Shown piece by piece: positions 37,096-49,578 of a DNA stretch of 64,000 bases (positions are counted from its first letter, which is position 1; every line of letters begins with the position of its first letter). Source of the DNA: Fistulifera solaris. Its lineage: Eukaryota. A program made the position numbers and the translations under genes. Under the pieces are notes generated by a model. The model worked only from the letters and a program-made list of their open reading frames with translations, did no database searches and was not told the DNA's origin. The stretch lies in assembly GCA_030295235.1 (NCBI GenBank), contig AP026143.1, forward strand, positions 248,001 to 312,000. Reading direction: 5' to 3'.

Positions 37096-39351
37096 CTAGG
37101 AAAGACTGACGTCTAGAAATCGAGAGAGGGGAGGAAAGATGTTCGTTTTCCGGTCGGCTTCGAAGTCAAAGGACACCTTGGGACGTAATGACAATGGATC
37201 GAGCAGCAAAGGACCCGATAGATTGTAGACTAGTGTCACGCTGCGCATGTTCGGCAGATGGAGTGTTAGTGACAAAAGTGAACCATCTTGCGCTACTGAA
37301 AGGTTGTCGCAACTGTCGACCAAAGTCGTGACACGTTCGAAGAATAGATCGAAACGGTGGATGACCTGAGCCACTCGAAACACAGCAAAGGGCAGAGAAA
37401 GAGCAGAAAGATCGGATTCAAGCTCTGCGCAAATTGCAGATAACATTGCATGGACCGTTGCGATGACGCCGTTATTCTTGAGGTTCATGCAACTTTGAAC
37501 ATAGCCGCTTAGTTTGATAGGAAAACTTTCCCCTCGACAGTCAGCTGTTAACTGAAGTCGAACATTCTCCATAGCGCAAGAAAACTCAAGTATGATCTCA
37601 TTTCCCGAACTATCCAATAGTTGGAAAGGGGTGATGTAGTTTTGAACGTAATATGTCAATGGCGATCTTGCTTTACACGAAAGTTGCTTTTTCAGAATTT
37701 GGCTTCGCAGAATCTCTCTCGTTATTTGAACAGCACATAGCTTTTCTTCCAGTGACTTTATTCTTTCTTCTTGTTCAGCGATAATTTGCACGAGATGTCG
37801 TCGAGATGCTCTCTCTAAGCCAAGAATTGCTTTGTCGACGCGATTCGTTTGTGCATCGATTCCAGTAAGAAGCTCATTGAAATTTATGGAATCAAGCGCA
37901 TCGACCAAATCTGACATAAAGTGCATATTGGCTCTTGTAGTGATCATCGCACTCAGTTCCAGATTCGATTTTAGTTGATACTGGACACTCTTCGATTGAA
38001 GGATGGATATTTGAGGGTCAGCTATGCTTTGGAGGGTAAGATCAAGGCCTTCTTCAATCTTCGCGTGACATGTGGCGTCGATGGATGCAAGTATGTCACT
38101 TGTAAAAACATCCACTACGGGCTGATAAGATTGAACGCGGTCCTTTCCGTCTACTCTAGTAATCGTGGCGAGATTTGTGAATAATTGAATGGCGGTCGAG
38201 CTTAGTTCGAGTAGAATGTCGTCGCCGACGGTAGCGTTTGCCATCGGTGGCTCCTGTTTCAATAGCATAAGGGTCAGAAACATCTGAAGAACGCGCAATC
38301 TGATTGCTCACTTTGTATTATCCAACGTACCACATCCACGTCAAATGTCTTACCTACATCCATTACAGCACTATCGGCATCATCCGTCTCAGGTGCATCT
38401 GTTAACATATTTGTATCATCGTTGACTTCACAGGCATCCATCTCACAAAGGGTATAAATCTGCCACTCTCACGTCGCGAGCGTCGATTCCGGTCGGACGG
38501 AGATTGGAACGTTAGATCATCGACACAATCATCGTCTCCAGCATCGAAAAAGTCCCATTCGGCTAGAGTGGCGCTATTTTCTTTCGTCATGGCGATCAAA
38601 TTGGCCGTGTCCGTGTCAGGTTCCTTGAAGTCGGTGGGAAATCGCTCAGCTGCTTTCGTGGGGGGCATAGGCGTCAAGGATCCTTGCGGTGGATCATCCT
38701 TTTCGAACTCGGCAGCAGAAGCCGAACCAAACTTGACACACCGAACGGATTTTTCCAATGGCGTGTTGGCACCAACGGAAGTATCGGAAAGGACGCTTGC
38801 TGCAACTGAATTGGGGGTCCTATTCGGAATTCGATCTTTTTTCTTGACAGAAGACAAGCTGTGCAAACAATATTAGTAGCATCACAAGGTAAAAAGCCCA
38901 CACAAGATGTCGACACGTACCAGCTTTTGCTTGGAGCCGATCTTGGTATGATAGTTCGGATGTGAGTTGTGTCATCTCCGTACAGCATTTTCCACCACTC
39001 CTTGGTTTGATCTTCCGGCTTCAGCCCCTTCACAGCACTGTACTGCGATGAAATGCTGGCATGCTTATGCGAGTTAGGAAAGACGGGAGGAAATAATGAA
39101 TGACGAGAAATTGATCGCTTGGTTGCTTCGGCGTCATCAAAGGTTGCACCTAACGATAACCGTCTTCTTGTCGTTAAAAGATGAGCTTCGCGAGAGTTGG
39201 TCCGCAAGACAGGGATCTGACTTTCTGTCTTGTGAAGAAGCTCTTCGACAAATAAGTTCGTGTTTTCAGATCCGTCAAAGGATACGTCATGTCGACCGAC
39301 AGAATCTGTGACAGGGAAGGGCAAAGGCGCGCCTTTCGGCGGACTCATCAT
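37096..39351 (-). CDS. Hypothetical multi-exon protein with a disordered N-half, an RVxF motif and a coiled-coil C-terminal region (KNL1/Spc105-like candidate)
   Basis: ORF pieces 38674-39363, 38402-38866 and 37096-38298; intron ~38862-38918 gives SKSCLSS followed by RCVKF. Confidence 0.55.
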
Positions 39352-39951
39352 TGTATGTACCATCGTCTCAAAACTTTGTTAAATTGTTGTTTATTGAATG
39401 TAGTTACTGTTGATAGTGATGGTGCTTGGCGAAGAAAGAAAGCAATGCAAATGATGAAAAATCGACGGGCGTCAAGCCTCTCATGGTCGTTGGTCGTTGC
39501 GCGTTGCGGAGACGGGAACCGAACACCTCCAACGGAGTCTTCAACGGAGATTAACATGTTCTGAACAATCCATAATGTTCACATGTAAGCCGTTGAGACC
39601 GCCTCGCTCGAAGTAAAGTACATAACAAAGTATAGTCTTAGATTTTGAAATACATTAGGTCATTCTTGCGTTTTGCTCTCACTTTTTCACGGAGAACGTC
39701 GGCTTTCGCACCTTTTGTCCCATCTATCTACCGTTGTTTATATTTTTACGACTCATATTGTGTGAAGTTGCTCATTGAAAAACTTTTTGAGAAAAAAACT
39801 TTTCATTCGTCGGCCATCGAAGAACGATAGTTGTTGGAAAAATAGCCACTAACAAAGATTTGGAAGCATATTACTCTTTATTGGCGGAATCCATTCTTTG
39901 ATCTACAGATGATATAGAAATTGTGGTTATTCTGATGATATCTTTTACTGT

Positions 39952-41592
39952 TTAATGAACTTGTTCTTGACTGTTCGCCTCTGCAGCTGCAGCCGCTGCT
40001 TCCTCCCGCTTCAAAGCAGCTTTAGCCTTCTCAACATGGCTTAAACGACCGCGTTTGTTTGGTTGCGACTCATCTTCGGGTTCCATGTACAAGCTTTCCG
40101 CAAACGAGATTCCAGACTTGACGCAGCGGATATACACGCGAACAATAGCTTGGTTGTTCAATGACTCCGGTCGCTTCTGCAATGTGACAAGGCGTTTCTT
40201 GGCGTTCTGTAAATGAGTCTTGTAGAAGCATCGGATGCGGTCTCGCAATTTCTTTTCGGTGAAGGAAGGATCAAACTTAATACCAGCATCTTCGGCTGCC
40301 GTGCGAACCTCGTCAACTAGCATCTTATTGAAGGACTGCTGCATTCTGGATTGACGCTGCACCGTAGAGATTCCGTAGTATTCTGCCATGTGTTTGTATA
40401 GAACAGTCTCACAAGCAGGAAACTCTTTCCAGTAGAAACCATCTTCAATGACAGTTTTTTGAGGGCCTGCTTCCAAGGGTGGAATGACATCATCTAGCCC
40501 ATCTCCGTTCTCATCACCCATATTGCGCTGAAGAGCCATGTGCAAGATAACTTGACGCTGCAAATCGCGATCGCGAGCTATTTCAGCAAACGGGTTGGTG
40601 TCGTCTTCATCAAATTCCATTTCATCAGCCGCGCGCTTTCTTCCATGAAACTTGTCTTCCAATCGCACTGGCCGGTGAGACGCTGGCGTTTCAGAATCAT
40701 CAAAGGTTTTCTGCCCGGTACTAGGGCAAATGATAGTGGGATTAGCATTCTCCCGGCCATCTCTTGCGTTGACCTTCTTCATCGCTGATTTTTGTGCTAG
40801 AACCTCGGCTTTTGAAAAAGACCAAAGAATATGAGAGACTTCAACGAAATTGTCATGAAATTTGCCATTACAGCACTTACCAGCTCCCAAGAAACGCTCA
40901 AAGCACATAGTAACAGGGCTCTTGAGTGTTTGCTGAAACTTTTCTTCCAGAGAAGCTGCAGCCTTCACGGTGCTTGCAGGGGTAGCTCGTTCTTCCTTCC
41001 TGGCGACGGTAACAATCTGAGTGACAGGCTCCGACGTCGCTGTTTTGTCTGCCGACTGAATTGCAGTTTGTTCTGGTTCCAACTCCTTTTGCACATCAGT
41101 CTTGGTGATAGGAGCTACTTCGGGCGCTTCCTCAGTGTTTGACATCTCCGAAAAGTTGATTTTTCTCGGTTCTTCGTGTCTCGAACTTTCCAACGACTTG
41201 CCTTCATAATGCGCGTTCTTCCAGTTTGTTGCGCTGCTGTATGGTCCAGGAACAGGCGCGTGCATCATAGGAGGATAACTGACGCGGTGACGGTGAGCGT
41301 ATTGCTCGTTCGGATCTCTCCGATCGGACGGATACATTGGACGTTCCAACGGAGGAAGTGCTGTTCGAACCATATCATCGGGCCGAGGCAGAGAATGCGG
41401 CATGTGGTAAGGGTGAGGAATCGGATGGTTTCGAGGATGGTGCACATGATTCGTAGGATGATGGTGGAGATGAGGCTGCCACATCGAAGGCATCTGTGGG
41501 TGCTGAGAGTGATGGGGCGGAGCGTAATAGCGCGCTCGGCTCGGCGAGTAAGAATGCCGGCTGTGGGGGTTAGCGGGAACAGGATGTGACAT
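39952..41592 (-). CDS. Hypothetical nuclear protein with a His/Pro-rich N-terminus and a structured-looking C-terminal domain; probable in-frame intron ~40810-40880
   Basis: 546-aa ORF; C-terminal segment GFYWKEFP...LRDRIRCFYKTHLQNAKKRL; GTAAG...AG inside the ORF. Confidence 0.7.
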   Translation of the reverse strand: MSHPVPANPHSRHSYSPSRARYYAPPHHSQHPQMPSMWQPHLHHHPTNHVHHPRNHPIPHPYHMPHSLPRPDDMVRTALPPLERPMYPSDRRDPNEQYAHRHRVSYPPMMHAPVPGPYSSATNWKNAHYEGKSLESSRHEEPRKINFSEMSNTEEAPEVAPITKTDVQKELEPEQTAIQSADKTATSEPVTQIVTVARKEERATPASTVKAAASLEEKFQQTLKSPVTMCFERFLGAGKCCNGKFHDNFVEVSHILWSFSKAEVLAQKSAMKKVNARDGRENANPTIICPSTGQKTFDDSETPASHRPVRLEDKFHGRKRAADEMEFDEDDTNPFAEIARDRDLQRQVILHMALQRNMGDENGDGLDDVIPPLEAGPQKTVIEDGFYWKEFPACETVLYKHMAEYYGISTVQRQSRMQQSFNKMLVDEVRTAAEDAGIKFDPSFTEKKLRDRIRCFYKTHLQNAKKRLVTLQKRPESLNNQAIVRVYIRCVKSGISFAESLYMEPEDESQPNKRGRLSHVEKAKAALKREEAAAAAAEANSQEQVH

Positions 41593-42379
41593 ATCTAATC
41601 AGGACTCGTAAAGGTATAAAGGATGACAAGCACTGAGTAGGGGCAGTAAATCATGCAAATGAAAGAGACGAGAATGTGCTCCGATGGGGAAGAAACGGTC
41701 CTTCACGATGATTTCTGCCTCCTTCAAAAAGGAATTAGTCGGTTGCAAGTGGCTTGCGCGTTATGATGCCTATATACTTGTAGACGTATATAAGATCTTA
41801 CTATAGTAAATGGATGGGCAGTGTCCCCTAAGTATGTACTTAACATCCAATACAGTCTGTCAGATCGGCAAAGAAAATCAATTTACTTAGACAACCTGGC
41901 GTGCCATTGGTACTGCAGAGATTTTCCTTTAAAATTTAGATAGAGGAGATTGTTACGTACTGTCACCATCTTCAAACATTGAATAATATTCAGTAGTGAA
42001 TAAAACCTTACTCTTGTTTGGATGGAGTTTTGTTTTGCTTGGAATCAGTTAGGGACTCGGCCGGCGTCGGTGACGACATTGGACGAAGACCATGATAACT
42101 CAAACCCTACAGGTTGTCATTTGAAAATTTGAACTTGAATTGGCTATGGATCGCGTTTAGCGCTACGATTACGTCACGTACACAAACAGTTACTGTGAAT
42201 TTATACGCAAAGGAAAATCGGACCTTGACACGATGTCCCATCTCGACACCTCGTTGTTGTTGGCGATTGCATTATTATTTCATACTTTCGTCATCTCTCA
42301 CTCGAGGAGTTGTTCACTAGGATCTCAATTCACGCCATTACTGCAGTATTCAGCAACAGCTGTGCTTTTTGAAAGTGAA

Positions 42380-43585
42380 AATGAGATTCAGCATTCTTGC
42401 CGTAGCAACCCTCGTAACGGTGGAGGCGTTTGCACCTCATCCTGTGCCGAAGTCTGTGTCGTCAACCCAGTTGGAGATGAAAAACAACAAATGGCTAGGT
42501 CCGGTGGCTGTTTCGATTGCGTCGCTGACATTAGCGGGTCAAATTGCGTCTGCCACGATGCCGTCTACTTTTGCAAAATACTATGAAGGTACGTAAAATC
42601 GGAGAAAGGATGTCATTCTCATTACGAATCTTCCGAGAAAAAACTAACTATTTGTCATCTACGTTTGCAGAAACTCCTTATCCACTAGACGTACCTACTA
42701 CGGTTACCGCAGCGATTGACACCATGGATTTTTCCATGCCATCTTATGACGAGGCGTCGAAGGGAGACGTCAAAAACAAAGGCGGAGCCCCCGCTTTCAA
42801 CCCGTTTGGGGATTTTACGCCATCAATCGTTGACAACGGAGCTGATTCGGCGGACAAAGAGGCTGCCGCTGCGAAGAAAGCTGAAGAGAAGGAAGCTGCT
42901 GCAGCCAAAAGGCCGAGGCTGCTGCGAAAAGGCGGAGGAAAAGGCAGCGAAGGAAGCTGCCAAGGAAGCCCGCCGTCTCGAACAAGCAGAGTTGCAACGG
43001 GCCGCACAAGAGCGCGCCCAACAAGCAGATGAGGGATCGTCTGCTAAATTCGTCGCCCCAGATCTGTCAGACATCAAGGCCCCTGATTTGAAAATGCCGG
43101 ATATTTCTAGTTTCAAAGCTCCCGACATCAAAATGCCAGACATGTCTAGTTTCAAAGCTCCGGAAATGCCAGATATCTCTAGCTTCAAGGCCCCTGAAAT
43201 GCCGGATGTCAAAGTACCTGATTTTGCTGGAAAGTTGAATATTCCTGATCTACCAGAAAACTTTCCGAAAATTGATGCTTCTTCGCTGCCAAAGTTTGAT
43301 ACAAGCAATTTGCCGAAAGTCTCAATCCCCGGTTTTGATAGTCAACCGATTGACCTTGACAGCCTAGAACCTCAAGAGGTTCGAGATCAACGCGCTAGGG
43401 AAGCTCGAGAGACCTACTTGGAGGCAGATGAGGAGGCAAAGGCGGCCGAACAAGTGGCGCGTCAAGTTCGCGGCACAGCGAACGAAAAGCTCAAGCTAGC
43501 GAGGGAAGCCAAAGATTTGGCCTGTGAAACCCGACCGGGTGGTAAATTGATATGCCTCCGAAATCCTTTCACAGTCGGATATTAA
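42380..43585 (+). CDS. Plastid, probably thylakoid-lumen, low-complexity repeat protein; intron 42589-42670, apparent frameshift ~42908
   Basis: Signal ending VEA-FAP, second hydrophobic signal ending ASA; AKE-rich helix; KAP(D/E)xxMPD repeats; C-terminus CETRPGGKLICLRNPFTVGY. Confidence 0.8.
43075..43220 (+). repeat. Intragenic imperfect tandem repeat (30-39-bp units) encoding (SSF)KAP(D/E)(xK)MPD
   Basis: Units such as tctagtttcaaagctcc...atgcc(a/g)ga recur about four times. Confidence 0.85.
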
Positions 43586-43769
43586 AGAATGTGGCAAGGT
43601 GTTGGCTTCTCAATACAAAATACACTATGAAAATGATATCAGCTAATGAAGTAGCGCTTCTTATCCGTCATCGAGAACTCAACATAACGTAGTCAACTGG
43701 ACAAGATATAGTTTTCTGTTATAGTACAAAAGGATTCCTTGGCTCGGCATAGCTCTTAGCTTTAGCGGC

Positions 43770-45044
43770 CTATCTGCTTTGCCGTAGCTCTAATAGTTTC
43801 GACGCAAACGCCTCCCACGCTCGGACAAAGTCCTCATCTTCTATTTTTGCATTCGCTTCTCCCATACTCCACTCAAACATGGATTGATACTTTGTGTCCA
43901 CTGGAAAAGGATTAACAGAAGCATTTCGAATACGGTGCAAGGGTCTCATCCCAACGTTTGCCGCAGCGTGATCGAGCGCTGTTTGACAGTCGTCCACCGA
44001 ATCCAACAAGTATCCGTGCACCATGTTCACTTGCGGTATTTCGGGTTCGAATCGAACAACCTGTGACACAATGGGATGTTCTTTCAATAACTGGACCACA
44101 TTGCATAGCTTTTCTTTCTTCTGTAAAAACGAAAGCGCACCATTCTTTCCAAGCCAGTACTTCTGGTACCCCGCATCCGCGGAAACAACATAAGGCAGCA
44201 ATGTGTACAGGTTTCCACCAAATCGCCGCAACCATAATCGAGCCTCTTGACAAAACTCACTGGATCCCAGCAACATTGCCCCGGACAGACCCGCTAGACC
44301 CTTATAAAAGGACAAGTACACCGAATCAAATGGCTCGGCGAGATCGGAAAGTGTCCTGTCGGGAAAAGCAGCACTGGCTTCGAACAATCGTGCACCATCA
44401 CAATGAAAGGCAATCTGATTGGTTCGACAAAAATCTCGCATACGCTCTACGTCATGCCACGATGTCATTTTCCCACCCAGTTCACGATGTGGAATCTCGA
44501 GAATCAAAGTTGAAATGGCCTTGTTTTTGAGTTGCGTTTCGACTGTCGCAAAGTCCAATGGGGCCGGCGCGATACTCTCCTTCGCTGCCCTAGTTTCCAG
44601 AGAAACAACTTCTAGATTCAAAAGATCCCGATACGCATCGTTTTCATGAATCAGTAAATGAGAGGACGCATGGCAAGCAAACCGTTGGGGTTTTTGTTGA
44701 GAATGTATCAACAAGGCGATGGATTGTGCCATGACCCCCGAAGGCATAAATACCGCGTCTTCCTTTCCCAATTCGACGGCCAGTTTCTGTTCCAATCGCC
44801 TCAAATATGTTGTTTCGGGATTCGCAAAGTCGCCGTAGACATCGAATTCATTCACGTCATTCGCTTCGCAGAAATCAGCCAATTGACGAAAGGTTTCCGC
44901 CGGAGAAAGCACTGCATGCGGTGATTGCAATAGAAGTGGTTTCGCTGTAGTAGTACTCCCGACAGCCATTAAGAAAGGAGCCAAGATCATGGGTCTTCGA
45001 TATTGCATGAATATAGATGATGAAGATGTCGAAGCAAGGTCCAT
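43770..45044 (-). CDS. Low-specificity L-threonine aldolase (PLP-dependent)
   Basis: FMPSGVMAQ, HLLIHE, HCDGARL and SFYKGL (PLP lysine). Confidence 0.88.
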   Translation of the reverse strand: MDLASTSSSSIFMQYRRPMILAPFLMAVGSTTTAKPLLLQSPHAVLSPAETFRQLADFCEANDVNEFDVYGDFANPETTYLRRLEQKLAVELGKEDAVFMPSGVMAQSIALLIHSQQKPQRFACHASSHLLIHENDAYRDLLNLEVVSLETRAAKESIAPAPLDFATVETQLKNKAISTLILEIPHRELGGKMTSWHDVERMRDFCRTNQIAFHCDGARLFEASAAFPDRTLSDLAEPFDSVYLSFYKGLAGLSGAMLLGSSEFCQEARLWLRRFGGNLYTLLPYVVSADAGYQKYWLGKNGALSFLQKKEKLCNVVQLLKEHPIVSQVVRFEPEIPQVNMVHGYLLDSVDDCQTALDHAAANVGMRPLHRIRNASVNPFPVDTKYQSMFEWSMGEANAKIEDEDFVRAWEAFASKLLELRQSR

Positions 45045-45413
45045 GATAAAGGGCTTTCGCCTCCATTTTCTCGCAGCGCGATGAAAAATGACACACTCTC
45101 TCTCGGCTCTCGGGACTCCGTTTCTGACTCACGAGGTCCTTTCGTGCCGTAGTTTCTGAAAAGTGACGTTCTGCGAAACACCTGCTTTACTGAAAAAGGC
45201 ACAGTGGCAGATGGCACATTCAACCACGAAGAAGACGCGGCATTATTCTGCAAAATATTTTTTTATTGCATTCGATTTTCGATCCATCATCGCCATCACA
45301 ACGAAAAAAAAAAAGATCGGAAGAAACAAAACATCTCTTTGATGCGAACAGATGATTATAATACAAAAGACTTCTATTCCTTTATTTTGCTACTTTGATT
45401 GAACCTCCTCAAA

Positions 45414-45947
45414 ATGAATGCCTCGCTATTAATTTTACTGATTACGTTGCAATCGACATCAACGTTCACGGTCCTCCCGGTTTCCACGGCAGTCCTCAGA
45501 AAACGCGCGTTCTACTTATCGGATCGAAATATCGAAACGAACGGCGGCGATGGTAGTAATAGCAACAACGAAAATGACGACGACGACGATGACAACTGCG
45601 ACGAAGAAGGTGAATGCGAAATTGATTGGGACGCCATGCCGACCGCCACCGAAATAGGACGAGCCGCCGCCCTGCGAAAGCGCCTGGAAATGTCGTGGCA
45701 GCTCGAGGAAGCGAAAGAAGATTGTGATGTGGATCAACCACAATCGTGTGGGAGTGAACCGTGTCAAGATTGTTCCGGAAAAGGATGGAAGACGTGTCGT
45801 TTTTGTCGCGGTACCAGAATGTTGTTTATGCCCGGTGCGGACAGTTGTGACTGTAAAATTTGTCACCAGGGTCGGGAATCTTGCCGTTCTTGTCAAGGAA
45901 CGGGATGGGTCGCTGGATGGACGCAGTTACAAGAAACAGCTCATTAG
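45414..45947 (+). CDS. Plastid-targeted DnaJ-type zinc-finger protein (no J domain)
   Basis: Signal ending STST-F; CxxCxGxG-type repeats CQDCSGKG, CRFCRGTR, CKIC and CRSCQGTG. Confidence 0.75.
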   Translation: MNASLLILLITLQSTSTFTVLPVSTAVLRKRAFYLSDRNIETNGGDGSNSNNENDDDDDDNCDEEGECEIDWDAMPTATEIGRAAALRKRLEMSWQLEEAKEDCDVDQPQSCGSEPCQDCSGKGWKTCRFCRGTRMLFMPGADSCDCKICHQGRESCRSCQGTGWVAGWTQLQETAH

Positions 45948-46157
45948 AAAGTTTGTAAACACTATTCAATGCAATCCTTTGTGCTCGACGTATTTGTCTG
46001 TTTCACCGAAAATATTTGAAAAGGCGCTCCGATTCTTTTGTGTAAAAAATAATAGCATATAGAGTTATTGAGTTGTTAAGTCTTCTTTTTCTCTTTAATA
46101 GATACTTAAGACTGAACAAAAACGGTTGGAATTACGCAATTACGTAGAACGTGGAAT

Positions 46158-48276
46158 TCAATCCGCTCTTCGAATCACTCCAGAAGTATCTAATACAAAG
46201 TGACCAGGCTCATCGATTACGTATTCGGCAGTTTCATGCTTCGCCATGGTATAACCTCGAATTCGAACAGTTTCTGGATACTCTTTCGTTGGATCCGGTT
46301 CTTGCAATTCCCAGCCTTTATTAACAATAGACAATCCGTCAATTGTAAGATGAGTGCTCGGTCCAACTTTCACCACTAAAGCGCCATCTAATTCGAGTTG
46401 TCGAATTTTCACATTGTGCCCACTGAGTACCAAGGAACTGCGCGTTGTCACTCTCATCGGGCCTTCCACTGCTTTTAAGTCATCCGAGATCAGCGCAAAT
46501 GCTGGTGACAGTATGATGCGGGGACCGGGTGTGATAGGAATACCAGCGGCTTTGATGAGGTCGTCGTCGCTGGTCACTGGTAACTCGACACCCACCGACT
46601 GGAGTTTGTGCTGATTTTGAATATACATGTCCGATTCGGCCGAAGACATGGTCCCCGGTGCCGAACTACCCGCATTCACGGCTTCTTGGCCCGCTTCTAA
46701 CGCATTCTTGGCAGGAGAAAACGTATACCACCGATCAAACATGGTAAATCCAATATTCGCCTCTTGCTTCATTTCTTTTTGAAACAACTTCGGAATATCT
46801 TGCATCATGCACTCCAAGCGTGTCGGCTTCTTAAACTCCGTGCGGGTGGCGTCTTTGTATTTTGGATTCACGAATTCAAGAACGACGCCTTGATCCTCCC
46901 CGCGCAGTGTGCGAGCGTACGATTTCATTTCAATTACCAAGTTGTTGGCGTTACCCGGAAACGGAGAATAACCAGTATTCGGATCGGCAACGTCGCCGTC
47001 GCCCTGTGTTCGCAAGAGAGGATCCAATTGATTGTATTCAACATTGATCACGAGCGACTTATCGGGATCTGTCTTGTGTCTGTGTTTCCAGACAAGTGAG
47101 ACTTTGCTCATTAAGAAGTTATAAGATAAGAGATCAAACCTGTACTTACTCCAGACGAGCAATAGCCCCAGCCGCTTCGCCCGCCAAACGGGGGATGCAG
47201 ATACTATTCATATGGAACCCTTTTTGTATACTGACTCCCAATGTTGGTAGAACTGAATTCACCACCAAAGCGTTGGTGTCTTGCAAGAATATTATATGCG
47301 TCTTTCCTTCCTTTTCCCACTGATCCACGAGTCCTTCCCGGTACAGCAGATGGTGAACGTCACCATGACCGTGCGGTTTGGTTTGCACCGTCCAACGGTC
47401 GTCCATGGCCAAACCAGCAAAGCCATCTTTGAGTGCAGGAACTTTGTCTTGCGTGACAATGGAAACTTGCTGAGGATCCATGCCGAAGTAATTCTTTTCG
47501 AGCAACAATTGCCGCGTTGCGGCATCCGTATCTCCACTGGTCATAATGACGAGCGGAATTGTTACAGAGGAATCACTTTGTCGCGCTCGATGTTGCAACG
47601 CCAAAATGTATTGGCAGTAAAATTCCAAATACGATGCATTGTCACATAAATTGGTTTCGAGTGACAATTTGATCCCCGAATATCCCAATCGCTCTCCCAA
47701 ACCGCCAGCCACGAGACAAAAAACGACATCTTTGCTGGCCGCCAAACCGATTTGTTCGGCGTCCCGAAAGGATTCGTCTCCAAACGTCAACACTTCGCCC
47801 TCGGGGACGACCGCAACATATTCATCAAACGGATTGACACCATCGGCGGATTCTTGCAACAATTTCTTGGCTTTACTCAGATAAACACAGAGTCCACCCG
47901 GATATGATGCATCCAAGTCGGCGAGCTAATACAAAGAATAGGAGTGGTTAGAATCTCTGTGAGCATCTTGTTTCGAATACTTGTGAAAGATCCAGCTATT
48001 TCGTACCTGTTCCGCCAATTGCTGTTTGCCCTGATCGTCTTCTCCCGCCGCGGGCCAGTTCTTGTATACATGAGCTTGATGCCCATCGACATCATATGCG
48101 ATCAAACGTTCCACAGCGTCTCTCCCACGGGGCGAAAGAAGTGCCAAGTTTTCCGTCGATACGACCGGACTTATGGTCGCCGATAGCATTCCAAACGCGG
48201 CTCGTCGTTCTTTCGGTGACTGAATGCCAAACGCCGACGCTGCCGTCCAAAATACTGCCAGTAACGTCAATCTCAT
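46158..48276 (-). CDS. USP: UDP-sugar pyrophosphorylase with plastid presequence, multi-exon
   Basis: LVAGGLGERLGYSGIK, KPHGHGDVH, NVEYNQLDPLL and PTRLECMMQD; presequence MRLTLLAVFWTAASA-F; introns ~47926-48005 and ~47080-47150. Confidence 0.9.
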
Positions 48277-48694
48277 TTTCAATTGAAAGTTCAGCTTTTG
48301 AGCCAAGATGATGTAATTGCTATCTGTAGAAACGCAATGACAGGGACGAAAAAAGACTTCAAAATACACAGACATGCCCGATTTTTGATTTTTAGTTGTT
48401 GTGCAAAATAAGTCAAACGTCATTCTTTTGGTGCGGGAGTTTTTCGCGTCACACAGGACCCCATAGGCTTCTGCGAAACATACAGAATATCCGTAAGTTT
48501 CATTGAGATGAACCACAGATTTTTTTAGCGAAACCCCCTTCACAGAGTTTCTGATAGTGCAGTAACAAATCACACAGAATTTCCGTTCGAAAATTTTTCC
48601 CGTTTATTATTTTCGTAGCAACAGCAATAGCTTTTTAGTTCTTGTTGTTATTGTTATCTTTCTCAAACGGCCTTATCCAGTTTGTTCAGGAATA

Positions 48695-49515
48695 ATGTTT
48701 ATAAGCCGTTCGTTCATGGCTATTCTGGTTCTTCTCTCTGCTACATCCATTCCGCGTCAAGTTGCTGCCTTTACCCGATCTCGTCACCTGAATTATTTTG
48801 TTACTCATTCTTCCGCCCGTTTCATGTCCACTATCGCTTCCAATTACCAAAGCGTCTTGGAACGCATCGAGAAAGCCACTCCACCAACGAGTCAATCCGT
48901 ACGATTGGTTGCTGTTTCGAAAACAAAACCATTAGAGGATTTACAAGCAGCGTATAACGCCGGCTGTCGCGTGTTTGGAGAAAACTATGCGCAAGAATTG
49001 GTCGCCAAAGTTCCGGAAATGCCTGACGACTGTTTTTGGCATTACATTGGGGCTCTGCAATCCAATAAGGTCAACGCCATAGTCAAGGCTGTCGTACCCG
49101 CCAGTCGATTGACGATTGAAACCGTGAGTTCCGTCAAGTTGGCGCAAAACTCAATGCCGCTGTAGCGGATGGAGAACGTTTGAATGTCATGGTCCAAATC
49201 AATACATCAGGAGAAGACACTAAAAGTGGTGTGGAACCCAGTGAAGCGACTGACTTGTGTCGTTTCATTGTGAATGAATGTCCTCAATTGCAATTGACCG
49301 GTCTCATGACGATTGGTGCAGTGGGAGAGTTGTCGTGCTTTGATGTGTTGCGTCAATGTCGCGAGACGGTGCAAACGGCATTGGGTTTAAAGCAAACGTT
49401 GGAGTTAAGTATGGGCATGTCGGGAGATTTTGAAGAAGCAATTGCTGCCGGTGCTACAAATGTACGAGTGGGATCGACGATTTTCGGTGAACGAGACTAC
49501 TCGAACGATAAATAG
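48695..49515 (+). CDS. PLPBP: YggS/PLPBP pyridoxal-phosphate homeostasis protein; apparent frameshift ~49148
   Basis: LVAVSKTKP, FGENYAQE, WHYIGALQSNK, LSMGMSGDF and VRVGSTIFG. Confidence 0.92.
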
Positions 49516-49578
49516 ACCAGCTAGTAGGAATGATTCTCCTGCAATATGTAAAATCGGTCTTTCCGAGTTATCAAATCT

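Noticed and set aside
43770..49515. PLP-related cluster (threonine aldolase plus YggS)
   Set aside because: Separated by two unrelated genes with no shared promoter; likely coincidental.
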